From contig JAZQDE010000008.1 in assembly GCA_045546695.1 (NCBI GenBank), positions 27,782 to 91,781 of the forward strand: a DNA stretch of 64,000 bases. The letters run 5' to 3'. Under the pieces are notes generated by a model. It ran no database searches. It was not told the origin of the DNA and saw only the letters and a program-made list of their open reading frames with translations. Position numbers and translations under genes: made by a program. Positions 9,039-19,464 of the stretch are shown in pieces; the first letter of the stretch is position 1; the number at the start of each line of letters is the position of its first letter. The stretch is from Clostridia bacterium. GTDB taxonomy: Bacteria; Bacillota; Clostridia; UBA1212; UBA1255.

Positions 9039-10442
9039 ATGTCAGAAATTAACGTAGAGTTTAAAAGAGAATCCTCATGGAATACAATGACAGAAGAGAC
9101 AAAAGCAGCTGTATATGCTCACGCAGAAGGTTATATGAAGTTCCTTGATGCAGCAAAGACAGAAAGAGAATCTGTTGACGTTCTTATAGAAGGAGCAAAA
9201 GCAGCCGGTTTTGTTGATTTTGAAGATATAATTAAATCAGGTAAGAAGCTTGTTCCCGGTGATAAGATTTATTGGAACAACCGCGGCAAGGCATGCATGC
9301 TCGCAATCATTGGTAAAGACGATCCTGTAAACGGTCTTAATATGGTAGGCGCTCACGTTGATGCACCGAGATTCGATTTCAAACCAAATCCGATTTACGA
9401 GGATAAAGATTTTTGCTATGCAAAGACACATTACTATGGTGGTATTAAGAAGTATCAATGGGTTGCAATTCCTCTTGCTATACATGGTGTTATCAGAGAC
9501 AATGATGGTAAATGGATAAAGATTGCAATTGGCGAAGATGACGCTGATCCGTGCTTTGTTATTACAGATCTGCTTCCACATCTTGCATATGAACAGGTTG
9601 ACCGCAAGGCATCGGATGTTATGATTGCTGAAAATATGAATCTTCTTTTAGGCTCAATCCCATATACAGTTGGCGAAGAAGATAAAAAATCAGTCAAGAC
9701 TGCTATCCTTACTTTGCTTAATCAGAAATATGGTATTACAGAAAAAAGCTTTAACTTTGCTGAATTACAGATAGTACCTGCTTTCAAAGCACGTCATATT
9801 GGCTTTGACAGCTCACTTATCGGCGCATATGCACAAGACGACAGAGTATGTTCATACGCAGCATACAAAGCACTTCTTGACCTTGAGGAGATTCCTCAGA
9901 AGACTGCTGCATGTTACTTTTCAGACAGAGAAGAGATTGGCAGCGTAGGCAATACAGGTGCCCGCGCAAACTGGCTTGAAAACTTTACTCTTGAGCTTTG
10001 CAATGCAACTTCAGGCGGGGATATGGTTTCATGCAGAAGACTTATGAGAAACACAAAATTCCTTTCTGCAGACGTTACTGCAGGATTCGATCCTCTTTAC
10101 GCAGATGTATATGATACACTCAACGTAGCATATCTCGGAAAAGGTATTGCACTTGAAAAATATACAGGTCACAGAGGTAAATCAAGCGCAAGCGAAGCAT
10201 CATGCGAATTTATCGAAGATGTTACAAATGCATTTGAAAAGGAAAATATCCCATGGCAGATTACTGAAATGGGCAAACAGGATAAAGGTGGCGGTGGTAC
10301 AATCGCACAGTATATGACAGATCTTGGCATGGATGTTGTTGACTGTGGTGTACCGGTATTATCAATGCACGCTCCTTTCGAAGTAACATCCAAAGCTGAC
10401 GTTTATTGGACATATCGTGCTTATAAGGCATTTATGTCATAA
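9039..10442 (+). CDS. M18-family aminopeptidase (aminopeptidase I / aspartyl aminopeptidase-like).
   Basis: 467 aa. NMVGAHVDAPRFDFKPNP, ...SDREEIGSVGNTGA... and ...VPVLSMHAPFEVTSKADV match M18/M42 metallo-aminopeptidase motifs. Confidence 0.7.
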   Translation: MSEINVEFKRESSWNTMTEETKAAVYAHAEGYMKFLDAAKTERESVDVLIEGAKAAGFVDFEDIIKSGKKLVPGDKIYWNNRGKACMLAIIGKDDPVNGLNMVGAHVDAPRFDFKPNPIYEDKDFCYAKTHYYGGIKKYQWVAIPLAIHGVIRDNDGKWIKIAIGEDDADPCFVITDLLPHLAYEQVDRKASDVMIAENMNLLLGSIPYTVGEEDKKSVKTAILTLLNQKYGITEKSFNFAELQIVPAFKARHIGFDSSLIGAYAQDDRVCSYAAYKALLDLEEIPQKTAACYFSDREEIGSVGNTGARANWLENFTLELCNATSGGDMVSCRRLMRNTKFLSADVTAGFDPLYADVYDTLNVAYLGKGIALEKYTGHRGKSSASEASCEFIEDVTNAFEKENIPWQITEMGKQDKGGGGTIAQYMTDLGMDVVDCGVPVLSMHAPFEVTSKADVYWTYRAYKAFMS

Positions 10443-10478
10443 TACAACTGTCTGTCATACGTAGGAGGTTTTTGTTTA

Positions 10479-11498
10479 ATGGATAATTTAAGACGTTTTA
10501 TAATTGTTGTGTCTTTAATTCTGCTTTTCACGTTTGGTATCTGCGGATATTTTCTTGCATCATCATTCCATGAAAGCACTGAAAAGACACATACAGAAAA
10601 TCTTATTATAGATTTACCAACGTTTGATCCGAATTCACAGACAACTGAAGAAACAAAAACCTTTTACAACAATATATTGATAATCATCGGAGATAAGGAT
10701 AAGCCGGAGACAGAACTTCTTATGCTTATGAATATTGACTCTACAACGTCAAATATCAATATTACGTATATTCCAAAAGATATCAGATACGTTAATTACA
10801 GAGAAAATACAATATCTACGATTGGCAGTATTATGAATTCAAGAATAGCTATGTTCCCGGCGCTTGATGCAATACGTATATATGAATCAATACTTGATTT
10901 GTCCATACCGTATTTTATTTATTTCACAGAGGAAAACTTCCTTGAATTTATGCATACGTTTGCTGTAAATGGTATTAATTTCAACATACCGGTTGATATG
11001 TTTTACCAGGATGATTATTACAACATCAATCTCACAAAAGGCACGTCAATTATAAAGAAAGATCAGATTCTTCAACTTATTCAATTCTATAAAACAGTTG
11101 ATAATACGTATAACGGCGATCTTTTACAGTATTACGACGGTTCTGATGCAAAACGAATTGAAATGAGCCGACAGTTCTTTGATGCGTTTATGCAGCAGAC
11201 TTTTATCAATCCGACGAATGAATATTTCAAGTTGAGATTTTACGATGCCTTTTTACCATTTTTATCAAAATGTGAGACAAACATTTCACAGGAAATACTT
11301 TCAATAATTGCACCTGTTTTCTCAACTGTTCAGGATTCAAATATCAGATATTTTACACTGACAGGCGAGGAGCATTTCACAGATAAAATGTATATTTTAT
11401 TTGATCCTGACAGCGATGGTTCATTTGTTAACATGTCAGATGGCAGCAAAATGACTGCAACAGCAGGCTGGAAAACATATTTCCCATCAAATTCTTAA
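10479..11498 (+). CDS. LytR-CpsA-Psr (LCP) family cell-envelope phosphotransferase.
   Basis: N-terminal TM helix. ELLMLMNIDSTTSNINITYIPKDI resembles the LCP core (..TIML..ID..INLVSIPRD). Confidence 0.6.
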   Translation: MDNLRRFIIVVSLILLFTFGICGYFLASSFHESTEKTHTENLIIDLPTFDPNSQTTEETKTFYNNILIIIGDKDKPETELLMLMNIDSTTSNINITYIPKDIRYVNYRENTISTIGSIMNSRIAMFPALDAIRIYESILDLSIPYFIYFTEENFLEFMHTFAVNGINFNIPVDMFYQDDYYNINLTKGTSIIKKDQILQLIQFYKTVDNTYNGDLLQYYDGSDAKRIEMSRQFFDAFMQQTFINPTNEYFKLRFYDAFLPFLSKCETNISQEILSIIAPVFSTVQDSNIRYFTLTGEEHFTDKMYILFDPDSDGSFVNMSDGSKMTATAGWKTYFPSNS

Positions 11499-11503
11499 AA
11501 TGT

Positions 11504-12481
11504 ATGAAAGAAGATAACAATACATACAAATTACCATATTTTGGAGAAGATTTCCTTGTATATATGGAAACTATTCTTGGAAAGTCCAAAAATACCGTAC
11601 ATGAATACAGGTATGATCTTGTTATGTTCTTCAGATTTCTTAAAGTAAGATTCAATTTAGTTGCAAAAGACCGTGAATTTGAAGATATTGATGTTTCAGA
11701 CGTAGAACTTGATATAATCAGACGTGTAAAGCTTACTGATTTGTATGCTTTTCTTAATTATATCAGCCGTGACAGGCAAGATGGACCTGCAACAAGAGCT
11801 CGTAAAGTAGCTGCACTCAGGTCTTTTTTCAAATACGCTTGTAGCAAGGCGTCTTTAATTGATGAAAATCCTGCAATTGAACTTGAATCTCCTAAAATCA
11901 CTAAAAAGCTTCCTAAATATCTTGAGATAGAAGAGAGTATCCAGTTACTGGACAGTGTTGACGGCGATTTTGTTGAACGTGATTATTGTATTCTTACTTT
12001 ATTTTTAAATTGCGGAATGCGTCTGTCTGAACTTGTTTCAATAAATGTTGCTGATATCAGGGAGGATACTTTGACAGTAGTTGGTAAAGGTGCAAAGGAA
12101 AGGACCATTTATCTTAACGATGCGTGTCTTGAGGCTATCAATAGCTATCTTGCCGTAAGACCTGACATTACAGAAACAAGCGGAAAACAACCACTTTTTG
12201 TCAGCAAATTCAAGAAGAGAATCAGTAATAAAACGGTTCAATACACTGTAAAAAAATATATAAAACGTGCCGGGCTCGATCCGACAAAATATTCCACACA
12301 TAAATTAAGACATACTGCTGCAACGCTTATGTACACGCATGGCGAAGTAGATATAAGAACACTTCAGGAAATACTTGGACACGAGAGCGTCGCAACTACT
12401 GAGATTTATACGCATATAAACAATTCAAAGCTCAAAGATGCGGTTAGTAAAAATCCGCTTGCAGGACATAAAAAGAATTAA
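11504..12481 (+). CDS. Site-specific tyrosine recombinase of the XerC/XerD family.
   Basis: C-terminal HKLRHTAATLMYTHGEVDIRTLQEILGHESVATTEIYTHI carries the R..H..R..Y catalytic signature. The N-terminal domain matches the Xer core-binding region. Confidence 0.8.
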   Translation: MKEDNNTYKLPYFGEDFLVYMETILGKSKNTVHEYRYDLVMFFRFLKVRFNLVAKDREFEDIDVSDVELDIIRRVKLTDLYAFLNYISRDRQDGPATRARKVAALRSFFKYACSKASLIDENPAIELESPKITKKLPKYLEIEESIQLLDSVDGDFVERDYCILTLFLNCGMRLSELVSINVADIREDTLTVVGKGAKERTIYLNDACLEAINSYLAVRPDITETSGKQPLFVSKFKKRISNKTVQYTVKKYIKRAGLDPTKYSTHKLRHTAATLMYTHGEVDIRTLQEILGHESVATTEIYTHINNSKLKDAVSKNPLAGHKKN

Positions 12482-12504
12482 TTTTGATATAGAGGAGTAT
12501 TTAT

Positions 12505-14940
12505 ATGAAAAAACTTCACCTTATTTGCAATTCTCATCTTGATCCCGTATGGCAATGGGATTGGGACGAAGGCGCTGCTGCGGCACTGGCTACTTTTTAC
12601 AGTGCAGTCCGTCTTGCTGATAAATATGATTATATTTTTTGCCATAATGAAGTAATTCTCTACGAGTATATTGAACGATTTGATCCCGCTTTATTTAATG
12701 AAATTGCCGGTCTCGTCAAAGAAGGTAAATGGCATATTATGGGAGGTTGGTATGATCAGCCGGACTGCCTTGTACCATCCGGAGAGTCTTTTATCCGTCA
12801 GATATCGCTCGGCAAAGAATACTTCAAAGAGAAGTTCGATACATATCCAAAAACTGCAATTAATTTTGATTCCTTTGGTCATACTAAAGGACTTCCGCAG
12901 ATTCTTAAAAAATGCGGCTTTGAATCATACGTTTTCTGTCGTCCACTTAAATGGTTTGACTGGTTTAAACCACTTCCACACGGTCCGTTTACCTGGGAAG
13001 GGTATGACGGCAGCAAGATTATGGCTCTTCGTCAGGAAGATATGGAAATTTATTGTAATCAGCCCGGACAGGCCAAAGACAGCATAATCCGTAAGGCGGG
13101 TTTTTACGAAAATGACAAAGAAGATGATATTATCATTCTCTGGGGCGTTGGCAATCACGGTGGCATAAATTCGGCAAAGGATTTAGATGACATTATCACT
13201 TTGACTGATGAAAAGAAGGGAACATGGGAAATTGTACATTCCACACCCGATGATTATTTCAATGCAATTACTCCTACGCAAGACTTTTCAGACGAAATAA
13301 TCGCATTTATCAAATCATATTCATCTGCAAACGCAATCAAACTTGCTCATGACAGGCTTGAAAACGCAATATATCGTGCCGAAAGATTCTTATCAATGCT
13401 CGGAATTGCAGGTATATACGAATATAACAAAGAAGTATTCAAGAATGCTGAACGCATTTTGTGCCAGATTGAATTCCACGACGTACTGTCAGGCACATCA
13501 ATTAAAACAGGTACTGATTCATCAATTGAAAAAGCGATGTCAGCTATACAGCAAGTAAATGCTGAGTTCTATAACGGATATTTCAGATTCAGCGGAATGC
13601 TGCCAAAAGCAAAAGACGGCGACGATTGCTTTGTTGTACTTAACCCTCATCCATACGAGGTGACAACTGTTGTTGAAACAGAGCTTTTTGAACCCAGTCC
13701 TAACAATTTTGAGTTTAATATGTATGATTCAAATAATAATCCTGTTGATTGTCAGGTAATATTGGAAGAATCAATTATTAATATGACGCGCAGAGTCCGT
13801 CTGATTTATAAATACACGTATCCAGCAATGTCTGTAACACAATTTGGTATACATTCAAAAATTGTAGATTACAAAACAGAGCGGTTTACGGGCGACAATT
13901 CAGATGAAGATATAATCTTAAAAGACAAATACAAGCAGATAAAGATCAGCCGTGAAACAGGTCTGATTGAAAGTTATGTCAGCAATGGCACTGAATATGC
14001 TCACAGCGGTCTTTTTTCACCCGTGATGTTTGATGATAACGAAGATCCATGGGGATGGAGATTAAATAAACTCGGTGAAAATTATCGCAATATGCCACTT
14101 GATAAATCCGGTAAAGGTTTATTTGAAAATCTGAAAGGCGTGACTGTTTTAGAAAACGGTCCACTGCTCACACAAGTTGAATCATTATTTACTTTGGATG
14201 AATCACATGTTGTTGTAAATTACAAATTTTACCATGATTTGCCATATATTGATGTAAATATTCACGTAATTTGGAACAGCAAATGTAAAGGTCTTAAAAT
14301 TCAATTGCCACTTAATGGCAAACGAGGATTTTTCACCCAGGCTGCTTTTGGTACACAATATAATAAGAATGATGGCGATGAAAAGCCCGGAAACAGATTT
14401 GTCGGCGTTGAAAACGGTGAAAAAGCATTTGTTGTTTACAACAGAAGCGGAATTCATTCATATTCAATGCTGGGAAGAGATTTGTATCTGACGCTACTTA
14501 ATGGTTCTGCATATTGTGCGCACCCGACAGATCCCGGCACGCCGATTATCAAAGACAACACGCGTTATACAGGTTTTATTGAAATTGGCACACATGATTT
14601 TCAGTTACGGATTGGCACTAATGATGTATGTGAATGTGAAAAAACAGCACAGCAATTCAATCAGCCTTTATACAGCGTCCTGACGTTCCCGCACGGCAAT
14701 TCAACTCCGCCGGAGAAAATTATCACACTGTCGAACGAAAACGTCGTAATCAGTGCATTCAAGCGCAGAAATAACGGTACGTACGTTATAAGGCTCCATA
14801 ACAATTATAAAGCATCCACATCTACAACGATTAATATTAACGGAATATCAAAAGAAATTAAATTTAAAAAATATGGATTCAGGACGTTTATATACAACGG
14901 AAAGACAATACGCGAGTCAAAAGATGCGGCTTTATATTGA
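12505..14940 (+). CDS. Glycoside hydrolase family 38 alpha-mannosidase / mannosylglycerate hydrolase-like protein.
   Basis: N-terminus LICNSHLDPVWQWDWDE...GGWYDQPD...GESFIRQISLG parallels the GH38 (MngB-type) H-x-H-x-D...GPWY.Q.D motifs. Length is 811 aa. Confidence 0.75.
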   Translation: MKKLHLICNSHLDPVWQWDWDEGAAAALATFYSAVRLADKYDYIFCHNEVILYEYIERFDPALFNEIAGLVKEGKWHIMGGWYDQPDCLVPSGESFIRQISLGKEYFKEKFDTYPKTAINFDSFGHTKGLPQILKKCGFESYVFCRPLKWFDWFKPLPHGPFTWEGYDGSKIMALRQEDMEIYCNQPGQAKDSIIRKAGFYENDKEDDIIILWGVGNHGGINSAKDLDDIITLTDEKKGTWEIVHSTPDDYFNAITPTQDFSDEIIAFIKSYSSANAIKLAHDRLENAIYRAERFLSMLGIAGIYEYNKEVFKNAERILCQIEFHDVLSGTSIKTGTDSSIEKAMSAIQQVNAEFYNGYFRFSGMLPKAKDGDDCFVVLNPHPYEVTTVVETELFEPSPNNFEFNMYDSNNNPVDCQVILEESIINMTRRVRLIYKYTYPAMSVTQFGIHSKIVDYKTERFTGDNSDEDIILKDKYKQIKISRETGLIESYVSNGTEYAHSGLFSPVMFDDNEDPWGWRLNKLGENYRNMPLDKSGKGLFENLKGVTVLENGPLLTQVESLFTLDESHVVVNYKFYHDLPYIDVNIHVIWNSKCKGLKIQLPLNGKRGFFTQAAFGTQYNKNDGDEKPGNRFVGVENGEKAFVVYNRSGIHSYSMLGRDLYLTLLNGSAYCAHPTDPGTPIIKDNTRYTGFIEIGTHDFQLRIGTNDVCECEKTAQQFNQPLYSVLTFPHGNSTPPEKIITLSNENVVISAFKRRNNGTYVIRLHNNYKASTSTTININGISKEIKFKKYGFRTFIYNGKTIRESKDAALY

Positions 14941-15054
14941 TACTGCCAATTAATGTAAACAATGCGTAAAATAACTCATACGTTATTGATTTATTAAAAT
15001 TAAATCTGTATAATACTGATTTGGTTTTATACTAATTTTAACCGGAGGTAAACA

Positions 15055-16293
15055 ATGTATACAACAGACATAGTAAGAAAAATTGATCCCGAAGTTGCTG
15101 ACGCAATGGATCTGGAACTCGGAAGACAACGCAATAAGATTGAACTCATCGCTTCAGAGAACTTTGTAAGCGAAGCAGTTATGCAGGCTATGGGTAGCCC
15201 GCTCACAAACAAATACGCAGAAGGGTATCCGGGGAAGAGATATTATGGCGGTTGCGAATACGTTGATATCGTTGAAGACCTTGCAAGAGAAAGAGCAAAA
15301 CAGCTTTTCGGCGCGGAACATGCAAACGTTCAGCCTCACTCAGGTGCACAGGCTAATATGGCAGTATTCTTTGCATGCCTTCAGCCCGGTGACAAAGTTC
15401 TCGGTATGAACCTCGCTCACGGTGGCCACCTTACTCACGGTAGCCCTGTAAATATGTCAGGTAAATGGTTTGAGATTATTCCATATATGGTACGCGAAGA
15501 TGATCAGTATATTGATTATGAAAACGTAAGACAACTTGCCCTTGAAAATAAGCCAAAGCTTATCATCGCAGGTGCCAGCGCATATCCGAGAACGATTGAT
15601 TTTGCAAAGTTCAGAGAAATCGCTGATGAAGTTGGCGCATATCTCATGGTTGATATGGCTCACATCGCAGGTCTTGTTGCTGCAGGACTCCATCCGAATC
15701 CTGTTCTGTATGCTGACTTTACAACTACAACAACACACAAGACATTAAGAGGTCCAAGAGGCGGACTTATTCTTTGCAAAGAAGAGTATGCAAAGATGAT
15801 TGACAAAGCCGTATTCCCAGGAATTCAGGGCGGTCCTTTAATGCACGTTATCGCAGGTAAAGCAGTATCATTCAAAGAAGCTTTATCAGATGATTTCAAA
15901 GCATACCAGACTAACATCATCAAGAATGCAAAAGCTCTTGCTGAAGGTCTTACAAAAAGAGGCTTCAATCTCGTAAGTGGCGGTACGGACAACCATCTCA
16001 TTCTTATCGACCTCAGAAATATGAACGTAACAGGTAAACAGGCTCAGCTGCTTCTTGATGAAGTTAATATTACATGTAACAAGAATGGCATCCCATACGA
16101 TCCGGAAAGTCCTTTTGTAACAAGCGGTATCAGACTTGGTACACCGGCCGTTACAACAAGAGGCATGGATGAAAAAGCTATGGACAAGATTGCAGAATTC
16201 ATCTACATGACTATTTCTGATTTTGATAATAATAAAGAGGCAGTTATCAAAGGCGTTGCAGATTTACTTGCTGAATATCCTTTATATAACTGA
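15055..16293 (+). CDS. glyA: Serine hydroxymethyltransferase.
   Basis: ...[43 protein letters not shown]... and the [17 protein letters not shown]-lysine region. Confidence 0.95.
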   Translation: MYTTDIVRKIDPEVADAMDLELGRQRNKIELIASENFVSEAVMQAMGSPLTNKYAEGYPGKRYYGGCEYVDIVEDLARERAKQLFGAEHANVQPHSGAQANMAVFFACLQPGDKVLGMNLAHGGHLTHGSPVNMSGKWFEIIPYMVREDDQYIDYENVRQLALENKPKLIIAGASAYPRTIDFAKFREIADEVGAYLMVDMAHIAGLVAAGLHPNPVLYADFTTTTTHKTLRGPRGGLILCKEEYAKMIDKAVFPGIQGGPLMHVIAGKAVSFKEALSDDFKAYQTNIIKNAKALAEGLTKRGFNLVSGGTDNHLILIDLRNMNVTGKQAQLLLDEVNITCNKNGIPYDPESPFVTSGIRLGTPAVTTRGMDEKAMDKIAEFIYMTISDFDNNKEAVIKGVADLLAEYPLYN

Positions 16294-16315
16294 TAATTAA
16301 ACGAAAGAAACAATA

Positions 16316-17617
16316 ATGAATAACAGTAAAGAGCCACTGGCATATAGAATGTGCCCCCGCAACTTAGATGAATATGTGGGACAGGAACATATTTTGTCCC
16401 AGGGTAAGCTGCTTTATAGAATGATTAAAGCAGACAGGCTCTCTTCTGTTATTTTTTTTGGACCTCCCGGCACAGGCAAAACATCTTTGGCAAGATTAAT
16501 TGCAAAAGTAACCAACATGCCATTTGCAAAACTTAATGCAGTGAGTGCCGGTGTAGGAGATATAAAACAAATTGTTGCCGACACACAGAACTCATTGCTT
16601 AATCCGCAGGGCAGAACTCTTTTATTTATAGACGAAATTCATCGTTTTAACAAACTTCAGCAAGATGCACTTCTTCCTTACGTAGAAGATGGTACAATAG
16701 TACTGATAGGAGCTACGACAGAGAATCCTTTCTTTGAAGTAAACAAGGCTATTATTTCAAGGTCGACTGTTTTTCAGCTCCATCCGCTTACAGAAGACAA
16801 CATAAGAACTGTCATTCACAACGCACTTACAGATGCTGAAAGGGGATATGGCAATCTTGAAATATCAATAACAGACGATGCAATTGATTTTCTTGCACAA
16901 TCTTCTTCCGGAGATGCCAGAGTTGCCCTGAATGCTATTGAACTTGCTGTTTTAACATCAAAATCAATTGACGGCAGTTTTAAAATAGACAGGAATACAA
17001 TTGAAGATTGTGTTCAGAAAAAAGCATATAGATTTGATAAAAAAGGCGAATCTCATTATGATATTATCAGTGCGTTTATTAAGTCTATGAGGGGAAGCGA
17101 TCCCGACGGCGCTGTTTATTATCTTGCACGTATGTTAGAAGGCGGGGAAGATATAAACTTCATAGCACGCAGAATTGTGATATGCGCAGCAGAAGACGTT
17201 GGCACGGCCAATCCGAACGCCCTTGTTGTTGCACAGGCCGCATGTGAGGCTGTACGTATGATAGGAATGCCTGAGGCACGCATAATCCTCGCAGAGGCAT
17301 GCATAATAGTCGCAACAAGTCCGAAATCAAATGCTTCATATATGGCGATTAACAATGCTATAGCCGACATCAATAACCGTTACACAGGTGAAGTTCCGAT
17401 GCACCTTCGCAACGCAGAGACAAGCGGTATGAAGGATCTTGGATATGGAAACGGATATAAATATGCACACGACTATCCCGGAAACGTTGTTGCACAACAA
17501 TTTTTACCGGATGAAATAAAAGACACCGTGTACTACAAGCCATACGGCAATGGTCACGAAAGAAATATAATTGACTACCTTAATTGGAAAAAGAAGAAAG
17601 AAGATGGTAATAAATGA
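16316..17617 (+). CDS. rarA: Replication-associated recombination protein A (AAA+ ATPase RarA/MgsA).
   Basis: Walker [16 protein letters not shown] plus the full RarA C-terminal domain. Confidence 0.9.
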   Translation: MNNSKEPLAYRMCPRNLDEYVGQEHILSQGKLLYRMIKADRLSSVIFFGPPGTGKTSLARLIAKVTNMPFAKLNAVSAGVGDIKQIVADTQNSLLNPQGRTLLFIDEIHRFNKLQQDALLPYVEDGTIVLIGATTENPFFEVNKAIISRSTVFQLHPLTEDNIRTVIHNALTDAERGYGNLEISITDDAIDFLAQSSSGDARVALNAIELAVLTSKSIDGSFKIDRNTIEDCVQKKAYRFDKKGESHYDIISAFIKSMRGSDPDGAVYYLARMLEGGEDINFIARRIVICAAEDVGTANPNALVVAQAACEAVRMIGMPEARIILAEACIIVATSPKSNASYMAINNAIADINNRYTGEVPMHLRNAETSGMKDLGYGNGYKYAHDYPGNVVAQQFLPDEIKDTVYYKPYGNGHERNIIDYLNWKKKKEDGNK

Positions 17618-18786
17618 GTAAATTTGTATATATGGATCACTCTGCTACGACTGCTCTTTCAAAAGAAGTATTAAGCAGCATGATGCCTTACTTAACAGAA
17701 AATTACGGTAATCCTTCCAGTATTTATTCAATCGGAAGAAAAAACCGCGCAGCTATAGAAGAAGCAAGAAAAACAGTCGCTGATTGTCTTAAATGTAGTG
17801 AAAAAGAAGTATTTTTCACAGCATCGGGTACAGAAAGTGACAACTGGGCTATAAGAGGCGTTGCAAAAGCACTGTCAATAAAAGGTAAACATATTATCAC
17901 GTCTGCAATCGAACATCCCGCAATTCTTGAGACATGTAAAGATATGGAAAAACAAGGATATGAGGTTACGTATCTGCCTGTTGACAAAGACGGTTTAATT
18001 AGTTTAGAAGACCTTAAATCTGCAATCAGAAAAGACACGGTAATTGTTTCAATAATGACAGCAAACAACGAAATAGGCACAATTCAGCCCGTTTCAGAGA
18101 TAGGACAGATATGTAAGCAGGCAGGCGTTTATTTTCACACGGACAGCGTACAGGCTATCGGAAATATGCATATCGACGTAAACAAAATGAACGTTGACCT
18201 TATGTCGGTTTCAGGCCACAAATTCTATGGTCCAAAGGGTGTCGGCGTGCTCTACATCCGCAAGGGTACAAAGATCAAGCCTTTTGTGACAGGCGGTCAC
18301 CAGGAGTCAGGCAAGAGAGCTGCCACAGAAAACGTTGCCGGTATCGTCGGTCTTGCAACTGCAATGAAAATTGCAACTGATAATATTGATATTAATGGTG
18401 AAAAGCTACGTGAGTTAAGAGACTATATGATATCAAGAATCGAAAATGAAATTCCTTACGTAAGACTCAACGGCCACAGAACAAACAGAATGCCGGGACA
18501 CGTCAATTTTTCATTCCAGTATATTGAAGGTGAAGCACTTCTTCTTATGCTCGACGCAAATGGAATTGCAGGTTCAAGCGGCTCCGCATGTACGTCAGGA
18601 TCTCTTGATCCGTCACACGTTTTACTTGCAATCGGCCTTCCGCACGAGATTGCTCACGGCTCTTTAAGACTGTCTATGGGCACAGAAAATACGAAAGAAG
18701 ACGTTGACTACGTTGTAGATAAATTGAAAATTATTGTACAGAGATTAAGAGATATGTCTCCTCTTTACGATGCAATCAACAAATAA
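17614..18786 (+). CDS. nifS: Cysteine desulfurase (NifS/IscS).
   Basis: YMDHSATTAL..., SVSGHKFYGPKGVGVLY with the PLP lysine, and SSGSACTSGS with the active-site Cys. Overlaps rarA by 4 nt. Confidence 0.9.
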   Translation: MSKFVYMDHSATTALSKEVLSSMMPYLTENYGNPSSIYSIGRKNRAAIEEARKTVADCLKCSEKEVFFTASGTESDNWAIRGVAKALSIKGKHIITSAIEHPAILETCKDMEKQGYEVTYLPVDKDGLISLEDLKSAIRKDTVIVSIMTANNEIGTIQPVSEIGQICKQAGVYFHTDSVQAIGNMHIDVNKMNVDLMSVSGHKFYGPKGVGVLYIRKGTKIKPFVTGGHQESGKRAATENVAGIVGLATAMKIATDNIDINGEKLRELRDYMISRIENEIPYVRLNGHRTNRMPGHVNFSFQYIEGEALLLMLDANGIAGSSGSACTSGSLDPSHVLLAIGLPHEIAHGSLRLSMGTENTKEDVDYVVDKLKIIVQRLRDMSPLYDAINK

Positions 18787-18804
18787 GAAAGAGAGGTAAT
18801 ATAT

Positions 18805-19239
18805 ATGTATTCAGATAAAGTAATGGACCATTTTTCAAATCCGAGAAATGTCGGTGCTATAGAAGATGCTGACGGAGTAGGCGAGGTCGGCAATGCAAAA
18901 TGTGGCGATATAATGCGTATTTACCTTAAGGTAATCGACGACGTTATCGTTGATGTTAAATTCAAGACTTTCGGTTGTGGTGCAGCAATTGCAACAAGCA
19001 GTATGGCTACAGAAATGATTCTTGGAAAAACAATTGATGAAGCCTTAGAGCTTACAAATAAAGCTGTAGTAGAGGCACTCGACGGACTTCCGCCGGCTAA
19101 AATACATTGCAGTGTTCTTGCTGAAGAAGCTGTAAAGGCTGCTATTATTGATTATAAGAAAAAGAACGGTCTTTACATCGGAGACGAGCTGTCATCAAGC
19201 GAATGTGACGGCTGCTGCAGTTCATGCGGAAAACACTAA
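18805..19239 (+). CDS. nifU: Fe-S cluster assembly scaffold NifU/IscU.
   Basis: DHFSNPRNVG...NAKCGDIMRIYL...FKTFGCGAAIATSS...IHCSVLA carries the three conserved Cys of IscU. Confidence 0.9.
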   Translation: MYSDKVMDHFSNPRNVGAIEDADGVGEVGNAKCGDIMRIYLKVIDDVIVDVKFKTFGCGAAIATSSMATEMILGKTIDEALELTNKAVVEALDGLPPAKIHCSVLAEEAVKAAIIDYKKKNGLYIGDELSSSECDGCCSSCGKH

Positions 19240-19247
19240 AATTTTAT

Positions 19248-19276
19248 TTGACGATTTTTTTCACAGATGATATACT
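19248..19276 (+). promoter_or_regulatory. Sigma-A-type promoter for the riboswitch/ATPase transcript.
   Basis: -35 TTGACG at 19248-19253, a 17-nt spacer, then an extended -10 TGATATACT at 19268-19276. Confidence 0.4.
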
Positions 19277-19282
19277 GCGAAA

Positions 19283-19436
19283 GTAGTCATTTTATGAGGG
19301 AGTAGTAGGCATATAAGTCCACGGCGCCTTATATGTTTCAAGTTCAACATCATGGTACCTTAGTACTTGGCTTGGATTAAATTACCAGACTCATGGATTT
19401 ATGCATTAAGTCATACGTCCATGAGTCTTTTTTATA
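19283..19436 (+). promoter_or_regulatory. Candidate yybP-ykoY (Mn2+-sensing) riboswitch with intrinsic terminator, upstream of the P-type ATPase.
   Basis: The leader contains GAGGGAGUAGUAGGC, resembling the conserved GGGGAGUAG element of yybP-ykoY. An internal 8-bp helix CATATAAG/CTTATATG follows. A terminator hairpin agactcatgga...tccatgagtct plus T-run sits at 19388-19436, just before the ATPase start. The class assignment is by eye only. Confidence 0.45.
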
Positions 19437-19464
19437 AGTAATATTTAAGAAAGGATCCTATGAA

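Noticed and set aside
11504-12481. The tyrosine recombinase as a marker of an integrated element (LCP-Xer-GH38 block).
   Set aside because: Flanking genes are ordinary cell-envelope and glycan genes, no att-like repeats were spotted, and the protein has the Xer-type N-terminus. Chromosome-dimer resolution is the simpler explanation.
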